From Hormiphora californensis (taxonomy: Eukaryota; Animalia; Ctenophora): a stretch of DNA of 64,000 nucleotides. The stretch spans positions 3,596,001-3,660,000 of the forward strand of contig CM035361.1 of the NCBI GenBank assembly GCA_020137815.1, given 5' to 3'. Every line of letters starts with the position of its first letter. Within the stretch, counting starts at the first letter, position 1. The notes beneath the pieces were generated by a model. The model did not search any database, was not told the origin of the DNA, and was given only the letters and a program-made list of their open reading frames with translations. A program made the translations under genes and the position numbers. Shown in pieces: positions 39,822 through 52,634 of this stretch.

Positions 39822-42073
39822 GAGATGGTTATAAATATGTACATATATATATTATATACCGATTACTGAGAGATACCCGTTGGGGTGATTCGCTACACCA
39901 CTATTATATACTATTTAGTTTTAGCGGCAAAAACATACATGCTTTTTATAGCGGGGTATATCAGACAAATTTTCGCCCGCTAATATTATAATGCATTAAA
40001 TATATTATGACCATAACCCATTGACATGCTTGGAAAATTATTACAAGAAGTGAGAGCGGAAAGTGCAGTGGTATGTGCAGTCATTCGGCATACAATATAA
40101 TATATAGCAGCGTGCTTCATGTAACTCACCAATTCCAATGTCATATTAAACGTATTCTGGGTAATGTTATTAAGATACACGTGATATAGATGCCTCTCCC
40201 CCAGCTGGACAGGAACAATAGGGGGATTGATTTTCAATTGTATCGACAAATTATTAAACTAACTGTGATGAATTATATATAATCAATACTAAAGGGAGGG
40301 GGAGGCAAGTCCAAAAAATCCAGATTAATTCAATGCCGCGGGTGTGTGCCTCCCTACATTTCAGTGATCATGGACCTTTTTGGGGACCAATAGCCACCAT
40401 TTGCTCGAGTGGAGGTGAAATAGTTACCTGGTAACACAGTAACAATCGGTGATGCCTAGGTACTTAAAAAGGCGGGTCTGGTTATCGCTTGTTAACGTGG
40501 CTGTGAGGCACAGAACTTGAGGGCGAACCTGTGAAAGATGATTTGATTAAGAAATGGCTCGGGTGAGAAGGCAGAGCGGGTAAGGAAACTCTAAAAGGCA
40601 TTATATGATGTAGAATTGAGATGTACACAAGAGCATGTTGTAGCACCAAAAGATGTGTATAGGTATAGTATGTAGATTGTAGCGAAAATAGTACCAATTT
40701 TGCAAGGATTTCGTCAAGGTTCGTGAAATCCTTACGGAAGCTGGCCCACTCCAAAAGTGAGTGACATTCATCAAAGACCACAAGTACCCTCTTTCTCTTT
40801 AAACTGACTAGTATCTGTTAAATAAATAGAGAGGTTGATTTGTAACATCTAATCAGCAAAAAGTGAATTAACTAGACTTAGTGTCAACACTTTTCTATAA
40901 CATACCGACTTGTTCTTCAACAGTGCTTCTGGTGAAGTTACGAGGCATTGCACCCCAGACCCAGTTAAATTTAGGCTTTCCGACAGCCCCAGCTCCTGGC
41001 ATGTTATCCCCATCTACAAAAAAAATTAATGTTGCCTGTTTTCGGTAAGTTTACTTTTACTGACTATTGTATAATACTCCATATCAAAGCTATGTTTATT
41101 GTTTACCCTGTTTCCGAAACATGGTAACAGCACGGTTTGAAAATATACCTCATTCAGTTTCTTTATATGGCCCCTGTTGATTGCCAGGAGTGGTGTGACT
41201 AAAATCGTCACCATCTCTGGCACCCCCACCGCAAAGGCCAAATAAATTAACGTTTTTCCACTTCCTGGAGCGATATAACGTTTCAGTGCATGCCACGGGC
41301 TTACAAATGTCATTGTGTGTTCAGAAATATACTTCATTGTGTAGTGTACGTCTTATCAGAAGATAATTACCTGTTGGGGCCACACAGCAAACAGATCTCC
41401 CACAACACAGTTGCTTCAGACACTCACGCTGGGTTTCCTTCAGAATGTATCCTTTTTTCAGGCATTCTTGAATACAAACTGAAAGAGAAAAACAATTACT
41501 TTTGAACCAAATATTAATTGTCTGGGCTTTTTTAAATATACCATTGAATGTCTGTATTTGAGGAGGTGTTGGCTGAGGTGTGGGAGCGGGTCGAGGAGGT
41601 GTGGGAGCGGGTCGAGGAGGTGTGGGAGCGGGCCGAGGAGGTGTGGGAGCGGGCCGAGGAGGTGTTGGAGCGGGTCGAGGAGGTGTGGGAGCGGGCCGAG
41701 GAGGTGTTGGAGCGGGCCGAGGAGGTGTGGGAGCGGGCCGAGGAGGTGTGGGAGCGGGCCGAGGAGGTGTGGGAGCGGGCCGAGGAGGTGTGGCGGTACC
41801 AGGCTGATCAGGTGTGGGAGCGGGCCGAGGAGGTGTGGCGGTACCAGGCTGATCAGGTGTGGGAGCGGGCCGAGGAGGTGTGGCGGTACCAGGCTGATCA
41901 GGTGTGGGAGCGGGCCGAGGAGGTGTGGCGGTACCAGGCTGATGAGGTGTGGGAGCGGGCCGAGGAGGTGTGATGGGAACCACTGGTCGTGATTTACGGC
42001 GGATGGTCGGTAAGGGACATAGTGCACTCATGCATTTCTCTTTTGACCGTCGGACAGGACGTGTGGATGCCAT
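38080..42073 (-). CDS. Divergent RecQ-type SF2 helicase, multi-exon, Pro-rich N-terminus; possibly transposon-borne or decaying
   Basis: Spliced motifs: Q motif (LKETQREC), APTG|SGKT (41371/41264), VTPLLAI, VTSPEAL, VVFDECH...WASFRKDF, CLTAT, AMIFC, VITTPLLSMGVD, QMAGRAGRG, and Zn-module CFRQSMLPIF...CCLC. The frame could not be joined cleanly between ~40430 and ~39110, and the 3' end is approximate. Confidence 0.85.
41560..41972. repeat. Coding minisatellite (21-bp TPPRPAP and 45-bp units) in helicase exon 1
   Basis: Unit lengths are multiples of 3 and lie within ORF 41321-42073. Confidence 0.9.
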
Positions 42074-45000
42074 AAACTGTACGGAGTGAATAAGAAATGA
42101 ATACTATTCACTAAATAGTAAATGTTATAAAAAAACATCAATGTACATAGCAGTGTACCATGTACACAGTCGGTGAACATGGAATATGCATGATCTGACC
42201 GGTCATGACCAGGAATGGAGTTCGTATTACTCTTGCCAGCTGTGCAGTGTCCAATTCGTGCAAATCAGCTGAATGGATCAGATCTGCAAGGAGAAGTCGC
42301 TTATTCGTCATTCGTGGTGGTTAAAAGTTGATTTGGATTTAATTTTATGCTTTCAGTAGTCATATTTTTCAAGTGGGGTGTATAATTCATTAGTTTAGAG
42401 GAACCCGAATTTGTGGGGTGTACCATGGGGTATGTGTTGGGACACGGAGAAGTTTAGATCAACGGGATCATTTATTCAGAGGAACACATACAGAATGGCT
42501 GCATAATTCACCACTCCTGGCACACCCCACAAGTTCCTGACGATTTATAATATCATTGCAACAAAAGTCAATATCACTCGATAAAAAAATTAAAATACAA
42601 GCACATACAGTTGGACCGGGATCCTCGGGGGAAGGGTTTTGCCCGGTAAATCGGGGTGCCCGGTATATCGGGGTCAAATACCGTTATTTTCCCATATCGG
42701 GGGAAGTTTATCCTCCCGGTAAATCAGGGTTCTGGTAAATCGGGGTCCGACTGTATATGAATTCGTACATATTATAGAACTACAATTTTATTTTTTATTA
42801 TTGACGGTTTACACAGCAGATAAAAGAAATACAACCTGGTCCATGAGTCATGGACCATGACCCTATACACTATAAATAACAACAGTTCGGAGTTAAGCTT
42901 AGCTATTCTACTACTCGAGTTTTGCTACATAACTCAGGTCTAACAACTTGCATAGAAAACACATTCAAAACGTTAACTCTGTCTTGGGTGGTCCCTCAAA
43001 TATATAATAATTATACAGATTTGAGGCACTAAATCATTAGTGTGATTGCAGGGTACATAGGTCACGGATTTCATCACTTCAGAAGGTTACACGGGTCACG
43101 GAGTTCATCACTTCAGCAGGGCACACAGGTCACGGGGTTCACCTAGTCTGGACGGGAGAGTGGCTTCTTAGTAAATACAATTAAATTGTTGCCTTCGTTG
43201 ACATGTTCCGAGTCTATCAACTCACACAGCGGGCCGAAGGCTACGCAGTTTGTCCATTTGTCGGGTCAAGCTGAAAGACTGGGAACATGTCAAGGTGTGA
43301 GCTTGTGAGATGCTCAAGCTTTTGATTGTTTGATATATCGCCAAACGAAAGCATAAAATTTGTGAATGCGTATTCCATGATATGTCAACGAGTTGCCATG
43401 CTACGCAGTCTGTCCTTTACTTGCGAGGAAGTCAATCAACGAGCCACTGTTATACCACGCACGAGCTACTATAACACACACAACTCGATTTGTGCATAAC
43501 CTGCGACTTGCCTTGATATTTTTGTTGTGGGTTTAAAAGTTTGTCTAGAGTGGCCTCACGAGTCACGCTCAACGATCACAGAACGAAGATTAACAGTTTT
43601 GCTTTCAGATTTCAGATTTTCAAAAAGAAAATTTTGAATATCGGCTTCCGAAAAAGTCCATTCGGCCCCCTTACTCGCGTATGCTCACACCGGGCCTTCG
43701 GCCTAGTGTGAGAGCTGACAGACAAGGAACATGTCAAGCAACGAGCCAATGTTGTACCACGAACGAGCTACTATAACACACACAACTCGATTTGTGCATA
43801 ACCTAAAATTTACCTTGATATTGTTGTTGTGGATTTAAAAGTTTGTCTAGAGTCGCCCCACGCCCAACGATCACAGAACGAAGATTAACTGTTTTACTTT
43901 CAGATTTCAGATTTTCAAAAAGAAAATTTTGAAAATCGGCTCCCGAAAAAGTTTTTTTTTCAAAATTTGGTGAAAACGGACAAAAACGGTCGCGCGCAGC
44001 TGCGCGGCGCTAGAAACAGAGCGTGGGAAACAGCGCGACTGAGGTATTGCGCGTTCCAAATCGTCCCTAGACGCATGGCTGTCCGAGGCGCTTAAGTGCC
44101 GATAGACAGACTGCGTAGCATGGCAAAATATAGCTACCCTACCAGAAGTTAGACTAACGTGGACATCGTCAAACGAATGTTTAACGATCGATATCGATCG
44201 TTTTAGTCGGTCGCTGGGCCAATCTGGGCGACCGATCGACCAGACAAAATCGATCGACGGACGATCGACGGACGATCGGTTTCAGTGCGCGCGTCGCTAT
44301 TGGAAACATATGAGTTGCGCCATAGAACTAATATCTAGAGCTCCGCGCGTTACTGCTATGTCCCCAATAACAACAAAGTCATGAGTTGGACGCTGGCGGC
44401 ATGTGCGTCTGATTAAGTCCCTAGCTGTACGTCCAGATCACTACTTATTTTGATTCAAATCAATCGAAACTAGATGTGCTTTGCACTTATTCAAGATAAC
44501 ACTATCACTTTTTTTTTCAGGTGAGTAAGAGCTGCTGAAGCTATATATAGTACGTTCATTGTCCAAGATTCAATTCCTAGCTGTCAATCAGTTAATTAAT
44601 CTATAGGATTGAAATATTGTTCATACATAATATGCAGTATCCTAGCATAATTTTACATAACAATTGTTCGATCTCGATTCGATCTCTAGGTAATAACTAA
44701 GGATCGAAATCTCGATTTTGAAGAAATCGAGAAGAATCGCCGGTTCCTAATAACTTCACACTTCACTCATTGTTTTGACAACTTCACACTGTATTTCATA
44801 TTGGTCTGGAAGCTTCCACCCAATAGATACTTATAATACATCTCCCTCCTCCAATCCTCTCACACTCCCTTGATTCATATTCGTCTTTTAAAATGCAGAT
44901 TATAATTACTTCTTCAAGATCAGCTGCAATGTCCAATAAGATTACTCTCCAGTAGATATATAATGAGAACCTTCGTACTGCAATACCCTGTAATGAAAAT

Positions 45001-46390
45001 AAAAGTTCAGTAATAAAGATATTGAGTAGTGACCAGGAACCGACCGAAACAAGTAAACAACCAATCAGAACTCGTTATTTAGGTCACGTGACTGGTTATC
45101 AGCCAATCAGGGACCAGTATTTCCTGATTCGGTCGGTTCATGCAAAATATAGTGTGGCGGTGGGTAGCTCACCGTTTCTGTTTTGACATGTTTCACCTTC
45201 TTCCATCACCAAGTCCACTCTCTAGGATTCTCTTAGGATTCGATATCTGAAAAGTAGAAAACAGAGTTAGTGTTTGTGTGGGCTTACACCAATCAGATTG
45301 TAGCGAGAAGCGTAGCTTATTGTTTTACTATTTCCAGCAATATCTTAGTATCAGGAACCGACCGAATCAGGAAATACTGGTCCCTGATTGGCTAATAACC
45401 CATCACGTGACCTAAATAACGAACTATGATTGGTTGTTTACTTGTTTCGGTCGGTTCCTGCTTAGTATGTATTATGGCATTACAGCCGTGCTTAGAGATG
45501 ATGTTGGATTTAGTCATACAGTGATACGATATGTATTAATATTATTGGGAAAAAGAAGGGCCATATATAGCTGGGTGACCCGCAACATGTAAACACAGTT
45601 TCATTGGTTATTACAGTCGGACCCCGATTTAGGGACACCCTGATCGGGGAAAGGCTCTTGTCCACTAAATCGGGGTGTCCACTAAATCGGGGGCCCCTAA
45701 ATCGGGGTCCGACTGTAGTAACCAATAAACCCGGGTTTGTATGTAGCGGGTTATTTGCAGCTAGGGTGATTCACTAAAATAAACTGCCTGCGACCTAGTA
45801 CAAAGCAGGTGCAGTGGTATAAAACCTGACCATTATATAGGGAGGGGGTTTATTGATTATATAGGCCAACATAAATTTGTAACTTATATCTGAGTTATTA
45901 AGACTATCAAATTATATTTGCTCATCTTAAAAAAATGTAACACCTCAAGAAAATAACAACCCCTAATTTTAGGGTTTCTTATTAGACGAAATTCATTTTA
46001 ATAAATTTTCGGAGTTGATTATTCTTGAATTATTTAAAATTTAAAATTTACAATTATACTTTTTTAATTATTTTTATATTTCAGAAAAAAGTTTTTCATT
46101 TAAAATTTTTGGATTTGCTTATTCTTGAATAATTTTAAAAAAAGATTTAGTTTCTAATTTAATATGGGAAAGGCTGGGTGCATGGTCGATATTATATTCA
46201 ATTATATTTTAGCTGTTTTAACCCATACTATACTCTGAATTACCTACCGCGCCTCTCTATTGCAACGATCCGAGCTAATTAAAAACAGAAGAATCCTCAT
46301 CCAGTCTCGTGCTTGTTGTTGCAATCCCATCATTTCAAACGACGTGTTGATGGGGAAAACTGTATGATTGTGAAGTGCAATTTCACTTAC

Positions 46391-48402
46391 CAATTTTATC
46401 ACACTGTGGTACATCACTTGACCAAGATACATCATCGTTGCAAGTCAGAGTTGCACTTCCCACAAGTCTATGGTAGGCAGCACATTCGATGGTGGCAGTT
46501 GTCCCTGTTGGTGATGCAGTCCAGTTCCCTTGTGTTGATCCCTCAACAGTAAAGGCAGGACACTGAGGTTCTGAATGGAGATTTAGTAATAGGGGGAGAC
46601 ACACTGAAGTTGAGCGCGCTCGTTCAAATCTCAACCTCGCGACACACACAGAAGTTCGAAGTTTCGCGAAACCCCATTTTCGACTGAGAAAGGGGGGGGG
46701 GCCGTCACCTTTTTTTTGCCCATAAAAAATCGTGGGACTTTGGGCAAACGTGGGCAAACGTGGGCAAACATGGGCAAAATGAAATTTTCAGTGTTATACT
46801 TATATGTCGTTTTTTCAGCTCTATAACTTGATTTAACTTATTCAAAGTGAAAGTGAACAGCCCTGATTTTGATATAACTCGGTCAGAATGGTATTTGGTG
46901 TCATATTAGAAGTCAATAAAATTTTAGTGCTCAAATCCTAAGTTTAGGATTTTTAGGTTTTTAGGTTTTTTGGCTTTCATGGGTTTCAGAAACGTCCTAG
47001 AATAAAATAAACCCATAAAAGCCTAAAACCTTTAAAAAATTTTAAAAAATCATAAATTTACGATTTGACCACTAAACAATTTTTAGACTTCTAATGTGAC
47101 ACCAAAGACCATTTTGCCCATTTTTGCCCATATGGGCAAAACCAAATTCGCTGGGATTATGGGCAATGGGCAAAAAAAGGGTGTCGGGCCCCCGCCCCCC
47201 TGAGAAACCATTTGTAAGATGCTAACTTAATTACCGGTACATCTCTCGAGGTCTCCTTTATCCATACCGAGTCGATTTCACCGTTTTTAAAAATTTTGGT
47301 GAATTGGGACAACTGTGACCGAATTAGCCAAAAATTTTAAAAACGGTGAAATTGACTCGGTATGAATAAAGGACACATCGAAAGATGTACCAGTAAATGA
47401 GTTAGCCTCTTACAAATGGTTTCTCAGCCGAAAATGGGTTTTCGCAAAACTTCGAACTTCGAACTTCAGTGTGTGTCGCGAGGTTAAGATTTGACTTCAG
47501 TGTGTCTGATTTCTCAGAGCACGCGATGTTTGCGATTTCAGGGAATAGCCGTCACTGAACTCTGAAATCTCAGATTTCAGTTGTAAACAGCCGTAAAAAA
47601 GGCACGACTGTTTTCCCCCAATGTGGACTAATGAATTATATGGGACTTTATAATTGTGGTGTTCAGAGAAAAATAACGAAAAATTACGACTTCAAAGTTA
47701 ATCTTTGGGGGGAGACATGACAGTCGTGCCAGTCGGCTATTTTCCACTGAAACCTGAGATCTCAGCTGGTGGCCTTTACCTGCTCTGTAGAAGTCAGGTG
47801 CTATATGACTATATTTAAACACGATCTCATCCACATCAGCGCCCCATCTTGGAACACAGTTGCTATTTGAACTATCTGCGAACAGGTACTTCAGCACCTC
47901 AACACCATTACATGTGATTATGAGGGCAGACTCTGTTTTGGTGATCGTCCAGATCTTATCAACCTCAACCGGGGGTTGTACTGGCAGGTTTGTCCAGCTG
48001 GTGATGCAGTGGCCTACCACATACCGTATTGGGGAGGAGAAAATGACACCCACATTACCGATATAGCTGCTGTCCTTGTCGTTCGTGGACACATAGATCA
48101 CCTCATCACTGCCCAGAGTAGAATCCGTCTTTATCTGGAGAGGTGTTGCCTCCAGGTCCCATGGTATATTCACATTCCACTCAGTAACAGCTGTCCAGTC
48201 TGAAAACAATATGTACTAACCACTAAGAAAATTTATCGCATATTTAATTAACCACAAAGCATCAATCGATTTGTGTAAGAGAGGAAGTGAGATTAGCAGT
48301 CAGAGAAGATATTAAAAATCTTGTTCCGATAAAATTATGTGACCAACCTGTGAGAACAACTGTTCCACACAATGCAGCTGTAAGGAGAAGGACACGTATC
48401 AT
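46391..48402 (-). CDS. Secreted modular protein B (paralogue of A): signal peptide, IPWDLE domain, sushi; 3' end unresolved
   Basis: Exons 48402-48348 (MIRVLLLTAALCGTVVLT), 48199-47780, 46570-46391; phase-1 junctions. Confidence 0.85.
46597..47507. mobile_element. Palindromic MITE carrying a nested G-tract-TIR element (46692-47199)
   Basis: Outer arms GACACACTGAAGT/ACTTCAGTGTGTC; the inner element is flanked by a CTGAGAAA duplication. Confidence 0.7.
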
Positions 48403-48926
48403 GTTAACACACATATCACTAAATAAATGATGGTGTTTACTTTTTAAAACTATTAAGTGCTTAGAAATACATATATGTATTATACAACTATGCGATGTCG
48501 ATAAGTTGCATTTACAGTTCTGTGAGTGTCGGTATACCGCCTGTAATAACTTTCTTTTTTCACCAAATTATATCTATGAGGTGAAAATAGGTTAAAACTA
48601 CCAATATTATAAATTTGCAATAAGACAGCAATAATTAGGGCGCGATCACACCAGGATCTTCGAAACAATTGCTTCGAAGATCCAAGCTGAAACACACAAA
48701 AAAGTTTGGTTGATTCTTCAAATTAGCAGGCGTTCAGTTGTGCGCGGCGCATTGGTACGTGCTACATGGGTGCTGACAGGACTTTACATGTTGACAAGGG
48801 TTGGGTGCAGGGGCTTCCCTCCTAGTCGGTGTGCCATCATAATTTAGATCCGGTCGCCCATTACCCCGGGGTTCGGTAGAAACAAGGTAGTGGAGATGAG
48901 GTAGAGAAGTGACGACACACGGATTT

Positions 48927-48969
48927 TAGGAAAGTACTTTCGTAGATAAAGTCTACATCATCAGTCCTA
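48927..48969 (-). ncRNA. Minimal type-I hammerhead ribozyme (inverted pLTR copy)
   Basis: Exact reverse complement of 52240-52282. Confidence 0.85.
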
Positions 48970-49860
48970 TAAAAATATGTAATGTTAGAGCACACACTCT
49001 CAGGAGATAAAAATATAAATATAAATCGAGGAAAAAATCGAACGGAGCTATCCAAAACAACAAAGGAGAACCACTAACTAACTAAAAAACTAAGCACGCT
49101 CGCGAAATCAGGGATTCTGAATGAGATGTCAATGTATGCAGAGGGCGCCGCGCACAGCTAAACACAGAAACACGGCGCCAAGGGCCACACAGGTGCGACA
49201 CCGCGCGTTACAACTCGCACACACTGTCACCTCAAACCAGACATCCCTGTGTCTAAACAATAAGAAACACTATCTCACGACTAAAATTCTGTTGAGTCCG
49301 AATAATTTTGTCCGATAATTGTCTATTAATTTACTTTCAGCCCTATCCAATCCCACTGCCGATACCTGCTTAACTAAGCCTAATTTAAAAATATTAAGGT
49401 CCATAGCGTCTCTGTGTTTCTCCCAACAATGTTGTGCCAATGCACTGCCCTGATGTTCGAGTTCCGAGAATTTAGCACGGTGACCGTTGATTCTCTTATG
49501 AAAAGGTTGCATTGTCTGCCCCACATAGGTATCCTCTTTCCGGTTGCCCTGCGCCCTAGTACAGATTGAGCATTGTGCAACATATATTACATTTTTGCTC
49601 TTGCAGTTTAGGTGGGGGTTCAATTTTAGGCGTTTTCCATTCACCGAGAGACACGGAGATGGTGACATTAGAGGGCAAGTTTTGCAGCCTCTTCCCCCAC
49701 ATTTCTGGTTGAATTCCCCCTCCTCCTCCTGAGTTTCCACCTCCATGTTGGACTCACTGAGTTTTCTATTTCTCACTACTGTATTGCCGATTGATTTTAG
49801 CTTTCGTAGTGCTAGGTACATGCAACGAGAAACGGGCCTCTTTACCGCCTGGAGAAGTGG

Positions 49861-51939
49861 GTGTCTCCTTTCCTTACAGAACTTAGCCAGGAGTATGTGG
49901 GAGAGGAATACATACTAGACACGGATGACCTCCTTGTCCAGCTCCAGGGCATTGGGATCCAAACTGGTACACGGAGTTTGTTCACCTTGGATGTGGAGGC
50001 CCTGTATCCCAGCATCCGTAAAGAGTTGGCACTACAAGCATTGGACCATGCTCTCATGACCCACAGGCGAGGTAGTGTCATAGGTCTAGCAGTGAGGCGT
50101 TTTGTAGAAGTTATACTGGAGGAGTCATTCATTACATTCGGTGACACAGTATATACTTCAGTAGAGGGTATTCCTACGGGTAACTGTATCAGTCGACAAC
50201 TGGCAGACATTTTCCTCCATTGGTTATTGTTTGTCGAGTGCCAGAACCTGATACCCCCGGAGGCCTACATTTGGAGGAGGTTCATCGACGACGTGTTTGG
50301 GATTTGGAGGGGAACCGAGAGGCAGCTGACCACCTTTATAGCCAGGTTGAATAGGGCCACTAAAAGTTATGGGATAAATTTTGGGGACCAACAGTTTGGG
50401 GACTCGGTTAACTTCCTAGATGTAACAGTATCTCTAGAAGAAGGGAACTTGGAACACAAGTTGTATAGGAAACCGACAGACGCAAGGATGTACCTACGGA
50501 CGGAATCGTTCCACCCAAGACACGTGTTTAAATCCGTCATCTTCAGTCAAATGCTCAGGGTAATTAAGAGGAACTCTAGAGAGAGTACGCGAGTGCAGGA
50601 TCTAGAAGAACTCAGGGTGGACTTACTCAAGAGCGGACATCTGGAAAGGGACCTTGATAACCTACAGCCGAAGCCCCTGGAGAGACTACAGTTGGAACAG
50701 GAGTTACCCCCAACACAACAGAACCCCACTACCCAACTGATATTCGCCACCAACTACTTTGAAGGGGTGGATGATCTCCGAACCTTCTTGAGGAACTTGG
50801 AGGAAGACATTCGGGCGGTAGCGGGTGACGTGAAGGTGGTTCTAGCACTACGAAAGCTAAAATCAATCGGCAATACAGTAGTGAGAAATAGAAAACTCAG
50901 TGAGTCCAACATGGAGGTGGAAACTCAGGAGGAGGAGGGGGAATTCAACCAGAAATGTGGGGGAAGAGGCTGCAAAACTTGCCCTCTAATGTCACCATCT
51001 CCGTGTCTCTCGGTGAATGGAAAACGCCTAAAATTGAACCCCCACCTAAACTGCAAGAGCAAAAATGTAATATATGTTGCACAATGCTCAATCTGTACTA
51101 GGGCGCAGGGTTGGCCACATTGATGCCTGAGTGAGATCGAGGTCGCGCAGCGACCGAGATCGATCTCACATCTAGGCCTCCGGCGCGTTATTGATTTTAG
51201 AGCAAACTTTTTCAAAAACCTGGCTGCAAGGAACTACTGAACCGATTTGCATCTCGTTTGTTGCTCCTGGCAGATAATTGTCTCTAGTTTTACGGAAAAT
51301 ACCCGCGAGTATCAGCATTTGAGGAATAGTGGGTCAAAATTGACACTAAACATGAGCAATTCTTTAAAGACCTGGCTGCAAGCTCCTACTCGGTCCTGGG
51401 ACAATCTGCGGGTACTGGGGGAATCGTCATGGCCTTGTGAGTATGGGAAAATACCCGCCGATTCATCACGATGCGAAATGAGGCCATAATTGACCTTTGA
51501 GTAGTGCTAGGTCAGCTAAAAAGGTCTCCAAAAACGGTCTATCACGCGCGATTTGTTGAAAACGTGCTTTATTTCGCGCGCACGTGAGTTCTTGCTCTCA
51601 ACGGACCGGGATCCTATTATTCGCGGAGCGAGAATAGGATGCGATGGATCCAAGGCGCAGGGCAACCGGAAAGAGGATACCTATGTGGGGCAGACAATGC
51701 AACCTTTTCATAAGAGAATCAACGGTCACCGTGCTAAATTCTCGGAACTCGAACATCAGGGCAGTGCATTGGCACAACATTGTTGGGAGAAACACAGAGA
51801 CGCTATGGACCTTAATATTTTTAAATTAGGCTTAGTTAAGCAGGTATCGGCAGTGGGATTGGATAGGGCTGAAAGTAAATTAATAGACAATTATCGGACA
51901 AAATTATTCGGACTCAACAGAATTTTAGTCGTGAGATAG
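49861..51939 (+). pseudogene. PLE RT-GIY-YIG ORF, N-truncated and interrupted by a 543-bp insertion
   Basis: ORFs 49861-51123 and 51553-51939 join at RAQG|NRKED, as in the uninterrupted inverted copy 49270-49821. Confidence 0.92.
51111..51653. mobile_element. 543-bp TTGG...CCAA DNA element with 9-bp TSD, inserted in the GIY-YIG coding region
   Basis: GGCGCAGGG duplicated at 51102-51110 and 51654-51662. Shares GAGATCGAGGTCGCGCAGCGACCGAGATCGA with the MITE at 24502. Confidence 0.9.
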
Positions 51940-52239
51940 TGTTTCTTATTGTTTAGACACAGGGATGTCTGGTTTGAGGTGACAGTGTGTGCGAGTTGTA
52001 ACGCGCGGTGTCGCACCTGTGTGGCCCTTGGCGCCGTGTTTCTGTGTTTAGCTGTGCGCGGCGCCCTCTGCATACATTGACATCTCATTCAGAATCCCTG
52101 ATTTCGCGAGCGTGCTTAGTTTTTTAGTTAGTTAGTGGTTCTCCTTTGTTGTTTTGGATAGCTCCGTTCGATTTTTTCCTCGATTTATATTTATATTTTT
52201 ATCTCCTGAGAGTGTGTGCTCTAACATTACATATTTTTA

Positions 52240-52282
52240 TAGGACTGATGATGTAGACTTTATCTACGAAAGTACTTTCCTA
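52240..52282 (+). ncRNA. Minimal type-I hammerhead ribozyme in the PLE pseudo-LTR
   Basis: TAGGA-CTGATGA-T-GTAGA(CTTTA)TCTAC-GAAA-GTAC-TT-TCCTA: conserved core, stems I and II, palindromic stem III. Confidence 0.87.
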
Positions 52283-52349
52283 AAATCCGTGTGTCGTCAC
52301 TTCTCTACCTCATCTCCACTACCTTGACTTTACATGTTGCAACATGTAA

Positions 52350-52634
52350 GGGTCACCACACACCAAAGTTAAAATTAAAATTAAAATTTTGATTTTAAAC
52401 CCGCACACACCAGCGGCCGTTAAAATTTCTCTCCCCCATTACTAAAATTAACAATCTCGCGCGCGATTTTTAGTTTTTACGGCGTGTTAAAATTTTATCA
52501 TCCAACGCGACCGTCAAAATCGTGCGTAAGATTGTTACTTTTAGAATGGGGAGAGAAATTTTAACGGCCGCTGGTGTGTGCAGGTTTAAAATCAAAATTT
52601 TAATTTTAATTTTAACTTTGGTTTGTAGTGACCC
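52350..52634. mobile_element. Harbinger-like MITE (related partial copy from ~61556)
   Basis: TAA|GGGTCAC...GTGACCC|TAA with ~90-bp inverted arms. Confidence 0.8.

Larger units (their letters stand above)
48794..52325 (+). mobile_element. Penelope-like retroelement (Neptune-like), 5'-truncated, with inverted pseudo-LTR
   Basis: RT (LDVEALYPSI, GIPTG, RRFIDD), CxxxxCxxC linker and GIY-YIG (NVIY...TYVGQT). 48883-49815 is the inverted copy of 50842-52326. GACTTTACATGTTG is duplicated at 48780-48793 and 52326-52339. Confidence 0.95.

Noticed and set aside
41458-42027. Alternative-frame ORFs over the 21/45-bp repeat
   Set aside because: Open only because the repeat lacks stops; just the 42073 frame splices into helicase motifs.
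36942-44358. TAG...CTA pair as Academ-type TIRs around the helicase
   Set aside because: Weak match, no TSD, and it spans the assembly gap.
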